From the NCBI GenBank assembly GCA_002104895.1, contig MCFG01000285.1, positions 1-64,000 of the forward strand: a stretch of DNA of 64,000 bases. Reading direction: 5' to 3'. The DNA is from Anaeromyces robustus. Lineage: Eukaryota. The position numbers and the translations under genes were made by a program. Shown piece after piece: positions 16,976 through 31,055 of this stretch (its first letter is position 1; the number at the start of each line of letters is the position of its first letter). The notes under the pieces are model-generated. The model made no database searches, was not told the origin of the DNA, and was given only the letters and a program-made list of their open reading frames with translations.

Positions 16976-17326
16976 TTATTTTCCATTGTATTCACAGTAG
17001 TAATAATAATCATTTAATCTTTTACAATATAAACCAGGTTGACAGCATTTTGGACCACGGTAGTTAATTCTATTATTACATATATATATATTTATATTTA
17101 TATTTATATTTTTATTTATATTTATTTTTATTTTTATTTATTAATTAGTATATATATTACAAAAAGATATAAAAAATAAATAAAATAACAAATAAAATAA
17201 AATAACAAATAAAATAAAATATAAAATAAAAAATTACCCTTCACATTGAGTGTATGCATTTTTACAACTTTGTGCTGATGCTAAACCAATAGCACCTAAA
17301 AATCCAATAAGAATTCTGAAATTCAT
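16976..17326 (-). CDS. Standalone secreted CBM1 microprotein (60 aa; exons 17326-17238, 17069-16976)
   Basis: Spliced translation MNFRILIGFLGAIGLASAQSCKNAYTQCEGINYRGPKCCQPGLYCKRLNDYYYYCEYNGK*. GTAATT donor and TAG acceptor; phase-2 intron at the same position as in the PL3 gene. Confidence 0.85.
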
Positions 17327-17459
17327 TTTGTTGTTTATTTGTTTTCTTGATTTATTTTAAAATATTTATTAAGAAATTGGGTAAATAAATAAAAAAAATT
17401 TTTTAAAACGAAATTTTAATCTTTTTATAGTTTTTTTGTATTTAAAATTTAAATATATA

Positions 17460-17635
<176 letters not shown>

Positions 17636-19315
17636 TAGGTTTCTAAAATTGTTTATTTTTAATATTTATATATTATCTATTGAATAATATATTTTAAAAT
17701 TACATAATTTAATTAAAAATGATTATTTATTTATATTAATAAATATATTATCAAATATATTAATTTTTATTAATTTATATTATTTTTTATATTGTATATT
17801 TATAACTGAAAATATCAAATATTTTCGTATAAATGGAAATAATTTATATTATATATTATAATATATTACAATAAATTTATTATTAAATTATTAAATTATT
17901 AAATTTATTCAATTAAAAATTATTTATTATGTAAAATATTTTTATTTGTTTTTTTTCATATTTTTTTTTAATGTAGAATATTATTTATAATATATAATTT
18001 TACTTAAAAATATTTAAAAATATTAAAACATTACTTTAAAATTCTACTCTCATTAACTATTTTTTTTATTTTCGAAAAAAAAATAATTATAATATTAAAA
18101 CAACTATTTAAAAAATTTATTATTATTATTAATAATTTTAAGAATAATAACAATAACAATAACAAATACTCTATAATAAAATATTATTTTTTGTTTTTTA
18201 TTTTTATTTATCTTTTCTTTTATAAAAGATATATAAAAATTTAAAAAAAAAAAAAAAAACTTTAAAAATTATTAATATTAATTAATGTTTATTTATTATA
18301 TGAATCAAAATAAAAAATTATTAATTATTTATTAAAAATTATTATTTATTTAATTATTATTATTATTTATTAATTATTATTTATTATTTAATAATTATGT
18401 TTTAAATTTAAAGGACCAATAAACAATTTTATCATACTTATTTTTAATAATCATATCATATTTCCGAAAATTATAATTTTCTTTTTTTCTTTATTTTTTC
18501 TCTATTTTTTTTTTTTTTATTTTTTATTTCTATTAATTATTTAATTAATAATTAAAAGAGGTTTTAAGTATGTTTTAAAAATTAAATAATAAAACTTTAA
18601 AGATTATTTTTTAATTAAATGAATTAGTTATTATTAAAATGATTAAATTAGAAGAGGTTATTTTTATGATGATTAAAATAAAAAAAAAATAATAATAATA
18701 ATTTTTCTGTTATTAATAAAAAATAGTTGGTTTATAATATTAATTATTTAATGAATTAATGATTATTTGTGGATTTAAAATTTTATGACTTTTATGATTT
18801 TTTATGGTCTAATTTATCTATTAATTATAAAATAAGATTTTAGTTTATAGTTTATAGTTTATGATTTATGGTTAAAATGATTATGATTCTATGATAATAA
18901 TAATATATGATTATATTATAAATTAAAACTTAAAATATTATACATATAGATTTTTTTACTCATAACAATTTTAAATTATGCCTTTCTATGTAAATGTTTG
19001 TTGACATAACATTTAAATGAAACATACCAAATGATAAATAAAGTAATTCCTTAAAAAAATTAATTCGATAAATTATTATTTTAAGGAATTACTTTTAATA
19101 ATTTTATATAATTAATTATAATATTAACATATATATTAAAAAAAATTTTTTTTTTTATTTATATTAGATATCATTTAATTTTTTATTAAATATTTCAAAC
19201 ATTTTTTAATATTTAAATATATATAAACGTCTTTTTTTTTTATTTTATTATTATTAATATTTTTTGAATAAAATTAATCTCCTTTTTTTCTTAAAAAATA
19301 TATATTTTTTTCATA

Positions 19316-19351
<36 letters not shown>

Positions 19352-20370
19352 TTATTATTATAATCTAATAAAATGAAAATAAAAAATGAAAATAAATTAA
19401 TATTCTTAACAAATAATTTCTTGTTTTAATGCAAAAAATAAAAAAAATTTATATTTATTATCAATTAAAATGTTTATATTAAAATTAAACTTAAGAATTA
19501 TGTTTCATATTGCATTCATAATATATATATATTAATACTTTATAATAATTAAAAATGGAAAAAAAAAAAAAAAAAAAAAAAATGAAATGATTATAATTGA
19601 TAATAATTTATTATTACTATAATAAATAATAAATGTTAATTTTCATTTTATTTTAATTATTATTAATATTTATTTTTGTTATTAATTATTAATTATTAAT
19701 TATAAATGAATAGATGAATTATATTACTTAATAATATAAATATATATATAGGTATTACTAAATAAATAAATAATAAATACATATGCTGAATAAAAAAAAA
19801 TAAACTAATGCTGAATATATAATAAAAACTAATAAATAAATGAAAGTAAATAATAATAATAGTAATAATAATAAAAAAGAATAAATAAATAAATAATTAA
19901 TTATATATATATAAACTTTTTTTTTTTTTTTTTTCACTAATAAATAAATGTGTATTAAAATTTATGTCTAAAATGAATGTATTAAATGATGAAATAATAA
20001 TAAAATATTTTTTCAAAAATAAAAAAAAATAAATATAAATAAATATAAATATAAATATAAATAAATATAAATATAATAGATATATATATTTAATAGAAAA
20101 ATGATTAAATAAATGGTCAAAGTTAATTGAATATTTTTATGATATTAAAAAAAAAAATGTTTTCTTTTTTTTTTTACTGTTGATATTTTGATTAATAGAA
20201 TATATTTGTATGTAATAATTATTGGTCTCTTTATTATCTTTAGTAGTTTTTTAATATTTTTTCTTTATTGATGTTTTTTTTATTTCTGTTGATATTCTTT
20301 TCAATAATTTAATTAATGATGATTTTTTAGATGTCTTATTTTTTTTTAGTGATAGTAGAAGATTTAATTA

Positions 20371-21786
20371 TTAATTTTTAGTTTTAGTTTTATTATTATT
20401 TTTATTATTATTATTTTCAGTAATTGTAATATTTTTACTATTTTTTTTATTATTATTATTATTTTTATTTGTCGTTGTCGTTGTTGTTGTCATATTATTG
20501 TTATTTTTTTTACTTTTGTTTGTTGCTGTTACTGTTTTTGTTATATTCTTTTTATTATTATTCTTTTTATTGGTTGCTGTTACTGTTTTTGTTATATCCT
20601 TTTTATTATTATTCTTTTTATTGGTTGTTGTTACTGTTTTTGTTATATCCTTTTTATTATTATTATTTTTATTATTACAATAACCAAATTCAGATTGACA
20701 ACCATTTTCAATTTTACAATGATCATTTGTTTTACCACACCATCCATATTTACTACAACATTCATTTTTATTAATATTACAAGATCCTATACCTTTACCA
20801 CATCTTCCTTTTTCAGTATAACATTTACCAAATTCAGATTGACAACCTTCTTCTATATTACAATGTTTATTAGTTTTACCACACCATCCATATTTACTAC
20901 AACAATTTCCATTTTGACATTTTCCTATATTTTTACCACATCGATTATATTTTGAAGATAAATTTTTTGGAATATGACATTGACCATAATCTGATTGACA
21001 TCCATTATCAATATTACAAGCTTCACTTGATTTTTCACACCAACCATTTTTACTACAACAATAACCTTCATGACATGAACCTATACCTTCACCACATTGA
21101 CTACTATTTAATTTTTCTAATGTTAAAAAAGTATTACATTTACCATAACCTATTTGACAACCTTGATCTTTATTACAATATTCATTAGTTTTACCACACC
21201 AACCATTTTTACCACAACAATAACCTTCTTCACAATTACCTATACCTTTACCACATCGACCATCTTTAGTTATAGAATTATTAAGTAATTTACATTGACC
21301 AAATTCTGGTTGACAACCTTTCATAACATTACAATATTCATCAGATTTACCACACCAACCATAACGACTACAACAATATCCTTCATTACAATGACCCATA
21401 CTTAAACCACACATAGGTTTAAAAGAATTATTTTTAGGTTCAGTAGTTGTTGTAGTAGTAGTAGTAACAGTAGTAGTAGCAGGTGTTGTTATTGTTGTTG
21501 TCGGTGTTGTTGTTAAAGAATTTACATTATCATTATCATTGCTATTATCATTATTATTATTTTCAATTTCATTTTCATTTTCATTCTCATTTTCATTTTC
21601 ATTTTCATTTGAAAATAAATTACTTATAAAACCAAAAAAGTTATTTTTTTTTGAGTCTTCTGTTTCTGTGATGGAACCTCCATCTCTCCTTATTAATTTA
21701 CTTTTATAATTTCTAGCATTGACATTTGATATATTAGTTATGTATAGTATAATTATTATCAAAAAAATATATTTAAAGTAAATCAT
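20371..21786 (-). CDS. Secreted chitin-binding protein with five CBM18 (hevein) domains, 471 aa
   Basis: Signal peptide, LIRRD dibasic site, Thr-rich linker, five C-G..G.C....CC[SG]..GWC....C....GCQ...G.C units, and a basic Lys/Asn/Thr tail with three NNKK[DN]ITKTVT repeats. No catalytic domain seen. Confidence 0.92.
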   Translation of the reverse strand: MIYFKYIFLIIIILYITNISNVNARNYKSKLIRRDGGSITETEDSKKNNFFGFISNLFSNENENENENENENEIENNNNDNSNDNDNVNSLTTTPTTTITTPATTTVTTTTTTTTEPKNNSFKPMCGLSMGHCNEGYCCSRYGWCGKSDEYCNVMKGCQPEFGQCKLLNNSITKDGRCGKGIGNCEEGYCCGKNGWCGKTNEYCNKDQGCQIGYGKCNTFLTLEKLNSSQCGEGIGSCHEGYCCSKNGWCEKSSEACNIDNGCQSDYGQCHIPKNLSSKYNRCGKNIGKCQNGNCCSKYGWCGKTNKHCNIEEGCQSEFGKCYTEKGRCGKGIGSCNINKNECCSKYGWCGKTNDHCKIENGCQSEFGYCNNKNNNNKKDITKTVTTTNKKNNNKKDITKTVTATNKKNNNKKNITKTVTATNKSKKNNNNMTTTTTTTNKNNNNNKKNSKNITITENNNNKNNNKTKTKN

Positions 21787-22521
21787 TTTTTTTCCTATTT
21801 ATTTTTTAAATTTATTGAATTAAATTTAAAATAAATGAAAAAAAAAAGAGGTTTATTATAAATATAATATATATATTAAAAAAATTTTTAGTTGAAATTC
21901 TAAATTAAATGTAAATGAAATTCAATTTTTTTTTTTTTATTAAAGAAATTTTTTTTTTATAATTTAACAAATATAATATAAACGAGAAAAAAAGGTCTTT
22001 TATATTTTAAAATATATATAATTTTTTTAAATATTTATTATTTAAAGATAAAAAAAAATTAAAAAAAAAAAAAGGTTGAATAAAAAGAAATATGATAATA
22101 TTTATAATAAAAAAAAAATTTTTTTTATCAATAATAAAAAAATGAAAATTACCTTTTATATATAAATATACATTTTTAATTAATAAGATTACGTTTATTA
22201 TTATTATTTTTTTGGTTATATTATAACATTGATAACATTGAATATAATATATAGATACGTATTACTTGTTTGATATTTTTTTTTAAATGAATAAATATAA
22301 AATATATTTAAATATATAATTAAATATAATTATGTAATTATTTAAATTACATAATAATTTAAGATTTAATACTTTTACTATTAATTTGTTTTATAGAATA
22401 ATAAGAAAAGTTAATAAAATAAAATAAAATAAAATAAAAAACTCAAATATACTATAATTGTAATTGTAGCTATTCTTTATAAAAAAAAAAGTGTTTATTA
22501 GATATGAATAATTGAACTCTT

Positions 22522-22584
<63 letters not shown>

Positions 22585-22633
22585 CTTATTTATTTATTTA
22601 TTTACTTATTTATTTATTTATTTATATATCTAT

Positions 22634-22724
<91 letters not shown>

Positions 22725-22964
22725 TATTTGTTTTAATACTTTAATTTTTTCCTTTATCTTTTACATTATATTTTAATATATATTAACATTATATTTTTAT
22801 ATATGATTTTAATTTAATTTTTTTATTACAAGACATTAAATTAAAAAAAAAAAATCAATTTAATTAATTAATTTTAATGTTTATCATTATTTAATAATTT
22901 ATTATATTTTTTTTTATTTATTTTTTTGTTTTTTTTTTTTTTTATTTTTTGTTTTTGTTTGCTG

Positions 22965-22995
<31 letters not shown>

Positions 22996-24116
22996 AATTC
23001 AAATTTGGTATTATGAGAATGAGATCAAATCATAGACAAGATATTTATCTCTCTTTTTTATTTATTTATTTATTTATTATTCATTAATATTCTTATTATA
23101 TATTTTATTAAAAAGAAACTTTTCTTCAATTTTTTTTTAATAAAGAAAAAAAAAAAAAAGAATGAAAAAAAATGTACGGTAAAAAAAAATTAATTTTTTT
23201 TTTTTCATTTTAATTCAATTAAACTTCAATAACTTCAATAATTAAAATATTAATTTATTTTCTTTAGAAAAAAAAAAAGATAAAAAAAAGATAATGAAAT
23301 GTATTATCATTACATTATAATACTTTTATAATAAAATAATAATTATTAAATTCTAGCTATAAAAAAAAAGGATATACATCTTTTAATAATTAAATCTTAC
23401 TAAAAAAAAAAATCACAAAAATGTTTAATTGATAATAATTAATTATAATATACTAAAATGTTTTTAAAAGATAATTTTTTCTTTTATTAACAAAACATAT
23501 TGAAAGTTTTATAGATAAAATGAATAAATATTTAAATATTAACCATTAAATTATTATTTATATTAACAATTTTTATGCCATTAAATTATATTTTTTTTTA
23601 TTTTATTTTATTTTTTTTTTTTTTTTGTTCTTAATATAATTTTTTTTTAATTAAAATCTTATGTTATTTTATACAGAAAAACAGAAATGAAATATTATAT
23701 TGATTATTCAATAAAATGCTTGTATTTATATGACTTCATATATAACATGTCACTCTTTCATAATATGATATGATATAATTATTTTTATAGAATATTAAAA
23801 AAAAATTTTTTATAGTGATTGATTGTAAATTATAATAATACCTGATATAATATTAAATGATATAAAATATCAATTCTGCATCTTAATTAAAAAAAAAAGT
23901 AAATTGAATAGTTTTATTAATTATTGTTTAATAATTAATAATTAAGTTAAATTAAATTATCAATCTATAATAATAAAAAAAAGTTCTCATTTTTTTAAGA
24001 ATATATACACTTTTATTACAAATATATTAATAATATATATTTGTAAAAAAAAAAAAAAAAAAAAAAATTAACATTTATTCTATTAATTAAAATATTTACA
24101 ATAATATTGATAATAA

Positions 24117-24228
24117 TTCCTTGGTATTTACTATTTTATTTTATTTTTATTTTATTCCCTGGTATTTATAATCTTATTTTATTTTATTTTTATTTGATTC
24201 CTTGGTATTTATAATCTTATTTTATTTT
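24117..24228. repeat. Three ~40-bp degenerate tandem units
   Basis: ttcc[tc]tggtattta followed by T/A-rich tracts, three times. Confidence 0.7.
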
Positions 24229-24481
24229 TACTTCATTTTGTAATTATTTAATATCTTTGGTTCCTATATAAGATTTTTTTTTTAAAAAAAATTTAAATTT
24301 CAATATACAAAATTTTAATTTTATAAAAAAAATTAATAATTAAATAAACCACTATACCCATACAATAGAAAAAAAGCTTATTTTTTTTTAATATTCTTAA
24401 ATAAATCTTATTTTTACAAAACAAAATTAAAAAAAAAAAAAAAAGATTATAGAATTGATATTATCAAAAAAAAAAAAAAAA

Positions 24482-24552
24482 TTATGAAGATTATGAAGAT
24501 TATGAAGGTTATGAAGGTTATGAAGGTTACGAAGGTTACGAAAATTATGAAA
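24482..24552. repeat. 9-bp minisatellite (TTA[TC]GAAG[AG])n
   Basis: About 7-8 consecutive copies. Confidence 0.85.
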
Positions 24553-25004
24553 ATTTATATTATATATATTATATATAAATTTATAATAAAATTATAAAAT
24601 TATAAAATGTGTAGTATAACTATTTTTTATTATTAATTATTATTATTGATTACACTCTAATAAAAATTCATTTTAATAATGAATAATAATAAAAAATGGA
24701 AATCATTATACAATTAATTTTTTTTATAGGGAAACAGTAACATACATAGAAAGTAATCATAATTATTAATTATTATTTAAAATAAAAATATTTTTTTTTA
24801 TATTTTGAAAGAATATAACAATTATAAAATAAAAATAAAAGTAAAAATAAAATAATATGTAAATAAATAAATAATTTTATTTTTTTTTAAAAAAAAAATA
24901 ATTAAGCAATTCCTATAATAATAATAATAAAAGGTATGATCTTAATTTTCAGATGAAAAAGTATGAATAAAAGAATTTTAATATAAAAATATAAAATTAT
25001 TATA

Positions 25005-25058
<54 letters not shown>

Positions 25059-25088
25059 TTAATATATTTATTTATTTATTTATTATAT

Positions 25089-25124
<36 letters not shown>

Positions 25125-26545
25125 TTTGTATAAGCATTATCTTAATAAAATTGCATAATAGAAAAAAAATTTTTTTTTATTTCCCATAATTATTAATTTT
25201 TATATTTTGTTATTTCTATACTTTTTTGTTATGGATTTTGATTTTTTATTATGGATTTATTATTATTAAAAAAAAAATACAAAAAATATAAAAATAACAA
25301 AAAATAAAAAAAATAATAAAATTAAAATATAATTTAAAAAAAACAATTTTTATTTATTTTAACTTATTTTCTTTTTATTTCATATTTTTTGTATAACAAG
25401 AAAAAAAAACCAAAACCAAAACCAAAAACAAAAATCAAAAAAAAAAAATTTTGTTTTTTTTCATTTGGATGGCTTTAAACAATTTTGTCAAAAAAAAAAA
25501 AAAAAAAGTTTATTAATTAATTAATTAAAAATAATATTTTTTTTTATATTTAAAATTTTTTATTTTATTTTTTACAAAAAAAAAAAAAAAAAAAGAATTC
25601 TAAAAAATGTCAATAAATTAATATTTAATATTTATATAGTTATTAATTAAAATTAATTATAATTATTTATTATAATATATTTATAATATATATAATAATA
25701 TTATTATAATATATTATTATTTGCAATTAATGTGAATTTAAATAGATATAAAAAATTAACATCATTAATCGTAGTACAAATTTATTAAAATTTAAAGGGA
25801 TTATATTATTTAATTTAAAATAATATATTGTACATTATAAACTACAATATATTATATACATAATTTACCTAAATATAAATAATATTAAATATTAAATAAT
25901 AATAATAATAATAATAAATAATATTTAATATTATAATTATTAATTATTATTATTATTATTTAATACTAATAATAATTATTATTTATTATTATTGTTAATA
26001 ATAATTATTAATAATATAGAATTAATAGAATAGAATAAATAGAAATTTGAGAAAATTTTTTGTAATTTTCCTTTTTTTTTTTTTTTTTGAATAAATAAAA
26101 AAATAAAATATACTAAAAAAAGAAAATTAAAAAAAAAGGAATATTATAAAAAATATATAATTTTTATTTTATAAAGTAATAATTATTCATTCAATTTTTT
26201 TTTTCAAAAAAAAAAAAATAAAGGTAAAACAAAAACGTAATTAAACAATTACACAAGAAAAGAAAATTAAATATTATTTATATATACAAATTGTTTTAAA
26301 TATATAATCAAAATAAAAAACAATTTTAATTGTTTAAATAAAACAAAAAGAAAAGAAGAAAAAAAAAAAAAGTATACATATATACATATATACATACCTA
26401 CTTTTATATCTACATACTTATATATACATAAAATAGATATATATATATATATATAAAAACAGTTTAAATTTGTTTTAGAAATATTCTAAAAAAAAAAAAT
26501 AGAAAAAATAATTTATATATATAAAAAAACCGAAAAGAAAAAAAA

Positions 26546-27277
26546 ATGAAGTTAAATTTTATTGTTAATGCTTTACTTGCTTTAACTGTTGTTGAAGCTA
26601 AAGTTATTATGCTTATACGTCATGGTGAAAAAATTGATGATGATCATATAGATCTTTCACCACAAGGTCAAGCTAGAGCTGAATGTTTAATTGAAGCTTT
26701 TGGTACTAATGGTTATTATGTTTCCCCACAAAGAATTTATGCTCAATGTCCAAGTGAAGATAAACAATCAACTAGACCAAGAGATACAGTTACTCCTTTA
26801 GCTAAAAGTCTTGGTTTAGAAGTAGATTTAACTTATATTGGATATGATTATGAAGCTTTAGCCGGAGACCTTAAAGTTTCTCAAGAACAAGTTATTTTAG
26901 TATGTTGGGCTAATGATAATATTCCAAATATTGCTCAAGGATTAGGTATTCCAAATGCTCCAAATTGGAAGGGTAAAATCTTTGATGATGTTTGGGTACT
27001 TACCGATGACCCAAATTCATTTGTACGTGATCCATCTAATAAACCAACTATTTCAAAAACTTATTCAGGTACTGAAGGTTTAGATATGTATGTTGTTAAA
27101 GAAAATGTTAGTAAATGTATGAACCAAAAATTAGGTATTACTACTACTACTGATGATGATACAGATGAATCTAATGAATTAAATAATACTAATGATAGTT
27201 CTGCTTCTGATAAAGTTATGACTAATATTTTCACTACTCTTGCTGGTCTTTTCACCGCTTTTGTTTACCTTTTCTAA
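26546..27277 (+). CDS. Secreted, probably GPI-anchored histidine phosphatase (phosphoglycerate-mutase-like superfamily), 243 aa
   Basis: Signal peptide MKLNFIVNALLALTVVEA; LIRHGEK motif; LSPQGQARAECL and RPRDTVTPLA; Thr/Asp-rich spacer, small residues (DSSAS) and a hydrophobic C-terminus. Confidence 0.88.
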   Translation: MKLNFIVNALLALTVVEAKVIMLIRHGEKIDDDHIDLSPQGQARAECLIEAFGTNGYYVSPQRIYAQCPSEDKQSTRPRDTVTPLAKSLGLEVDLTYIGYDYEALAGDLKVSQEQVILVCWANDNIPNIAQGLGIPNAPNWKGKIFDDVWVLTDDPNSFVRDPSNKPTISKTYSGTEGLDMYVVKENVSKCMNQKLGITTTTDDDTDESNELNNTNDSSASDKVMTNIFTTLAGLFTAFVYLF

Positions 27278-29351
27278 AAATAAAAAATGAAAATGAAAAT
27301 AAAAATGGAATAAATAAATAAATATAATAAAATAAAATAAAATAAAATAAAAAAAGAAATATAAATAACCTCAATAACCATCAATAACAACCAAATATAG
27401 AGTATTATTATAATATATTATAATATATTATAATTTAAAATTTTTATGAAGTTTTTTTTTAAAAAAAAAAAAACAATAAATAAAATAAATATATATATAC
27501 TAACGAACAAAAGTATAATAAAATAAAATAATAAAAAAATAAAAAAAAAATAAAAAATAAAAAAAAAATAAAAAAAAATGAAATTATATTTAAAATATAT
27601 TATAATAAATGATTTATTTTTATAATTTATTTTTATTTACCAAAAAAAAAAATATTAAAATATTTATTATTAACATTCCTATAACATATAATATATACCT
27701 ATACCTATATATACATATAAAAAAATATAAATATAAATATAACATATAACATATATATATTTTTATTATTTTTATTTCCCTATTATAATAAATAATAATT
27801 ATTTTATATAATAATGCTATATATATATTAATATAAATAATATAAAATTGAAATTGAATATTTATATATTATTTTAACATCATTTTTTTTTTTTTTTTTT
27901 TATTTCCTATTTTTTCTTTTTTATTTTTTATTATTAAATTTTAAATACTGCAAAGAAAAAAAAAAAAGAGAAATTTTAATTTCTTTGTAATATTAAATAC
28001 TTAGTAGTATATAGTAGTATATATATAATATATCTTTCTCTCTATATATATATTAATAAATATTTTAACCCAATGGATAAAAAAAATAAGAGTTAAATTT
28101 AATATTCATTTATCATTTATCATTTATAATTTATAATTATTACCTTAAAAAAAAAATAAAATAAAAATTATATATATTATTTATATATATTATATTATAT
28201 ATTATCTATAACCAAAATAATTTTTTTTATTAACAATATTGTTTTTTTTTTTTTTTGTGTGTGTTTTGTGTTTTTTTTTTTTGTGTTGTTTTCTTTTTAG
28301 TTTTAAATTGTTAATGATAAAAAGTATTTTTTTAAAATTTTAAAGTATAAAAAGCACAAAATTATGATTTTTTTTTTAATAATTGTGTATATAAAATATA
28401 AATAAATATATATAAATATATGAAACACACTTATTCTTAACAAACAACATTATAGTACACAATTCGTACATCATCCTCTTTATTGAATTTAAATATATTA
28501 ATATATATAAATCATAAAAAAAAAAAAAAACACATAATAAAAAAAAGTGTTACTAATAAAAAATAAAAACCAGATAAACATTATAGATAAATAATAAATA
28601 ATAATATAAAATAGTATCAGTAATACATAAAAAACAATAAATCTATACTAGCTCCTTAATTCTACATAATAAAATTAAACTAAAAAAAATTGATCTATCC
28701 TCTATTCCACTTGAATCGGTAATTGGTAATAGGATCGACATTTATTTTACTAGGTTGTCCTATACTGTATTATCAGTATTGACATTTCTTGAAGACGTTG
28801 GTTTTGAATTTTATAATAAAATTCAAAAACCAACGTTATCTTTTAACAGAACAACAACAACAATAAGGCATATAATATCATTCAATGGAGTTTCAAAATC
28901 GCAACAAAAAAATGAAGATTTTAAATGATGTTTACCAGATTCAGATCTGACACTTTTGAATTTTTTTCAAAATTATTTATTTTTTTTTATAAAATTTTTT
29001 TGACTTTTTAATCAATTGATCTTTATCCGCTGTTTTTATGTATCTCTTATCTCAATAGAAAAGTTCATAATTTCTTTAGAAGAGGATGAAATATTATTTA
29101 ATATATCAGAATATATAACTTATTTAACAATCAAAAAAATTCAAAATTTCTACATATATTAATACACACACACACATACATATATTTCCATTAAAATTAA
29201 GAAATAAAAAAAAAAAGGAATAAAATTATATATTATATATTTTATATATATTATAATAGTTTATTATTTTATTTATTTTTTTTTATTTATTATTATTATT
29301 TATTATTATTATTTATTTATTATTATTATTATTAATAAAATGATAACTTTT

Positions 29352-29389
<38 letters not shown>

Positions 29390-29761
29390 ATTGATTGATT
29401 TACTTCTTTTTTTTTTTTTTTTTAAAAAAATGAAAAAGAAATATTTGAATGCTGATTTTTATAGCTTTTTTTTTTTTTTGTTTTTTTGTTTTTTTTTAAT
29501 ATTGTTTTTTTGTTTTTTGTTTTTGTTTTTTTAAATTTTATGTTAAATTATTATAAATTATTATTTTTTAATTTTATTATTTAATTATTTATTTAATTTT
29601 TTAATTATTTATTTAATTATTTATTTAATTACTACTATTTTTTTTACATCAAGTAAAATATAAAAACATTATTATAAATATTGTTAAAAATAGTAAAAAA
29701 TATTTATAATAATAATAATGAAAAAAAAAATTTTTTTTTTTTAATAAAATATATATTAAAA

Positions 29762-29808
<47 letters not shown>

Positions 29809-30449
29809 TTAAATTACATAAATATTATTAAAAAATAAAATACAAAAATACATCAAAAAAAAAAAAGCAACTTTTTTTTTCTTTTTTTTATTATTAAATA
29901 TGAGTATTTTTATTATTATTATTATTAATAAATAAATTTATGTAAAAAACTTTATATTTTTTTTTTTTTTTAATTTTTTTTTTAATAATAAAAAATATAA
30001 TCTATTATGTAAACTTCATTTATCAATTTTATATATTTATATTAAAAAAAAAAAATTTTTTTTTTCTATTTTTGGTTATTGTTTTGTTTTTGTTTTATTT
30101 GATTTTTGATTTTTGATTTTTTTTTTTTTTTTTTTTTTTTGGTTGTTTTATTTTTGTTTGTATATTACTATTATTATTTCTAATTTTTTTTGTTTGTTTG
30201 TTTTTGTTTGTTTGTTTGTTTGTTTTTATTTTTGATTTTTTTGTTTTTAGTTTATATTGTGTTAATGATATAGAAAAAAATAATAAATGTTTTAATTTGT
30301 TTTTTTTTTTTTTTTTAATTTGTTTTTTTTTTATCATTTATTACTTTATATAAATATCATTGGTTCATTCTAAGTAATTAATTATTTTTTAATTTTTTTT
30401 TTTATTATTATGATTATGATTATTATTATTATTATATTATTTTTTTTTT

Positions 30450-30699
30450 TTAGAGTAAAACTTGCTTAGTTTGTACTGCTAATCCATCTAATTGCTGATG
30501 AAAAAAAAAATATATAAAAAAGGTAATAATAATGATAATGATAATAATTTCATAGATAGATTATTATGATTATTTTTTAATTATAAAAAATTTTTTGAAA
30601 AAAAAAAATTAAAATAAAAAAAAAGTTATATATATATATAAAAAAAAAAGTATATATATAAAATTATTAATATTTTTATTTTTTTCTCTATATAATTAA

Positions 30700-30735
<36 letters not shown>

Positions 30736-31010
30736 ATATTATTATTATTTTTTAATTATTATTTTTTAATTATTATTTTTTAATTATTTTTTTAATTATT
30801 AATTATTATTTATTAATTATTACTATTATTATTTATTAATTATTACTATTATTACTATATATAATATATATATTTAAAAAAAAATAAAAAAAAAAAAAAG
30901 AATAATATTATATCTATATAAATATAATTGAATTGAATTTAAAATTTAAAATTTTAAAATTTTAATATAAAATAAAAAAATTAAAAAAAACAAAATTGAT
31001 AGTAAATTTT

Positions 31011-31055
<45 letters not shown>

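Noticed and set aside
28924..28952. atgatg...ctga resembling snoRNA C and D boxes
   Set aside because: Imperfect C box, spacing too short, and no rRNA complement I could identify.
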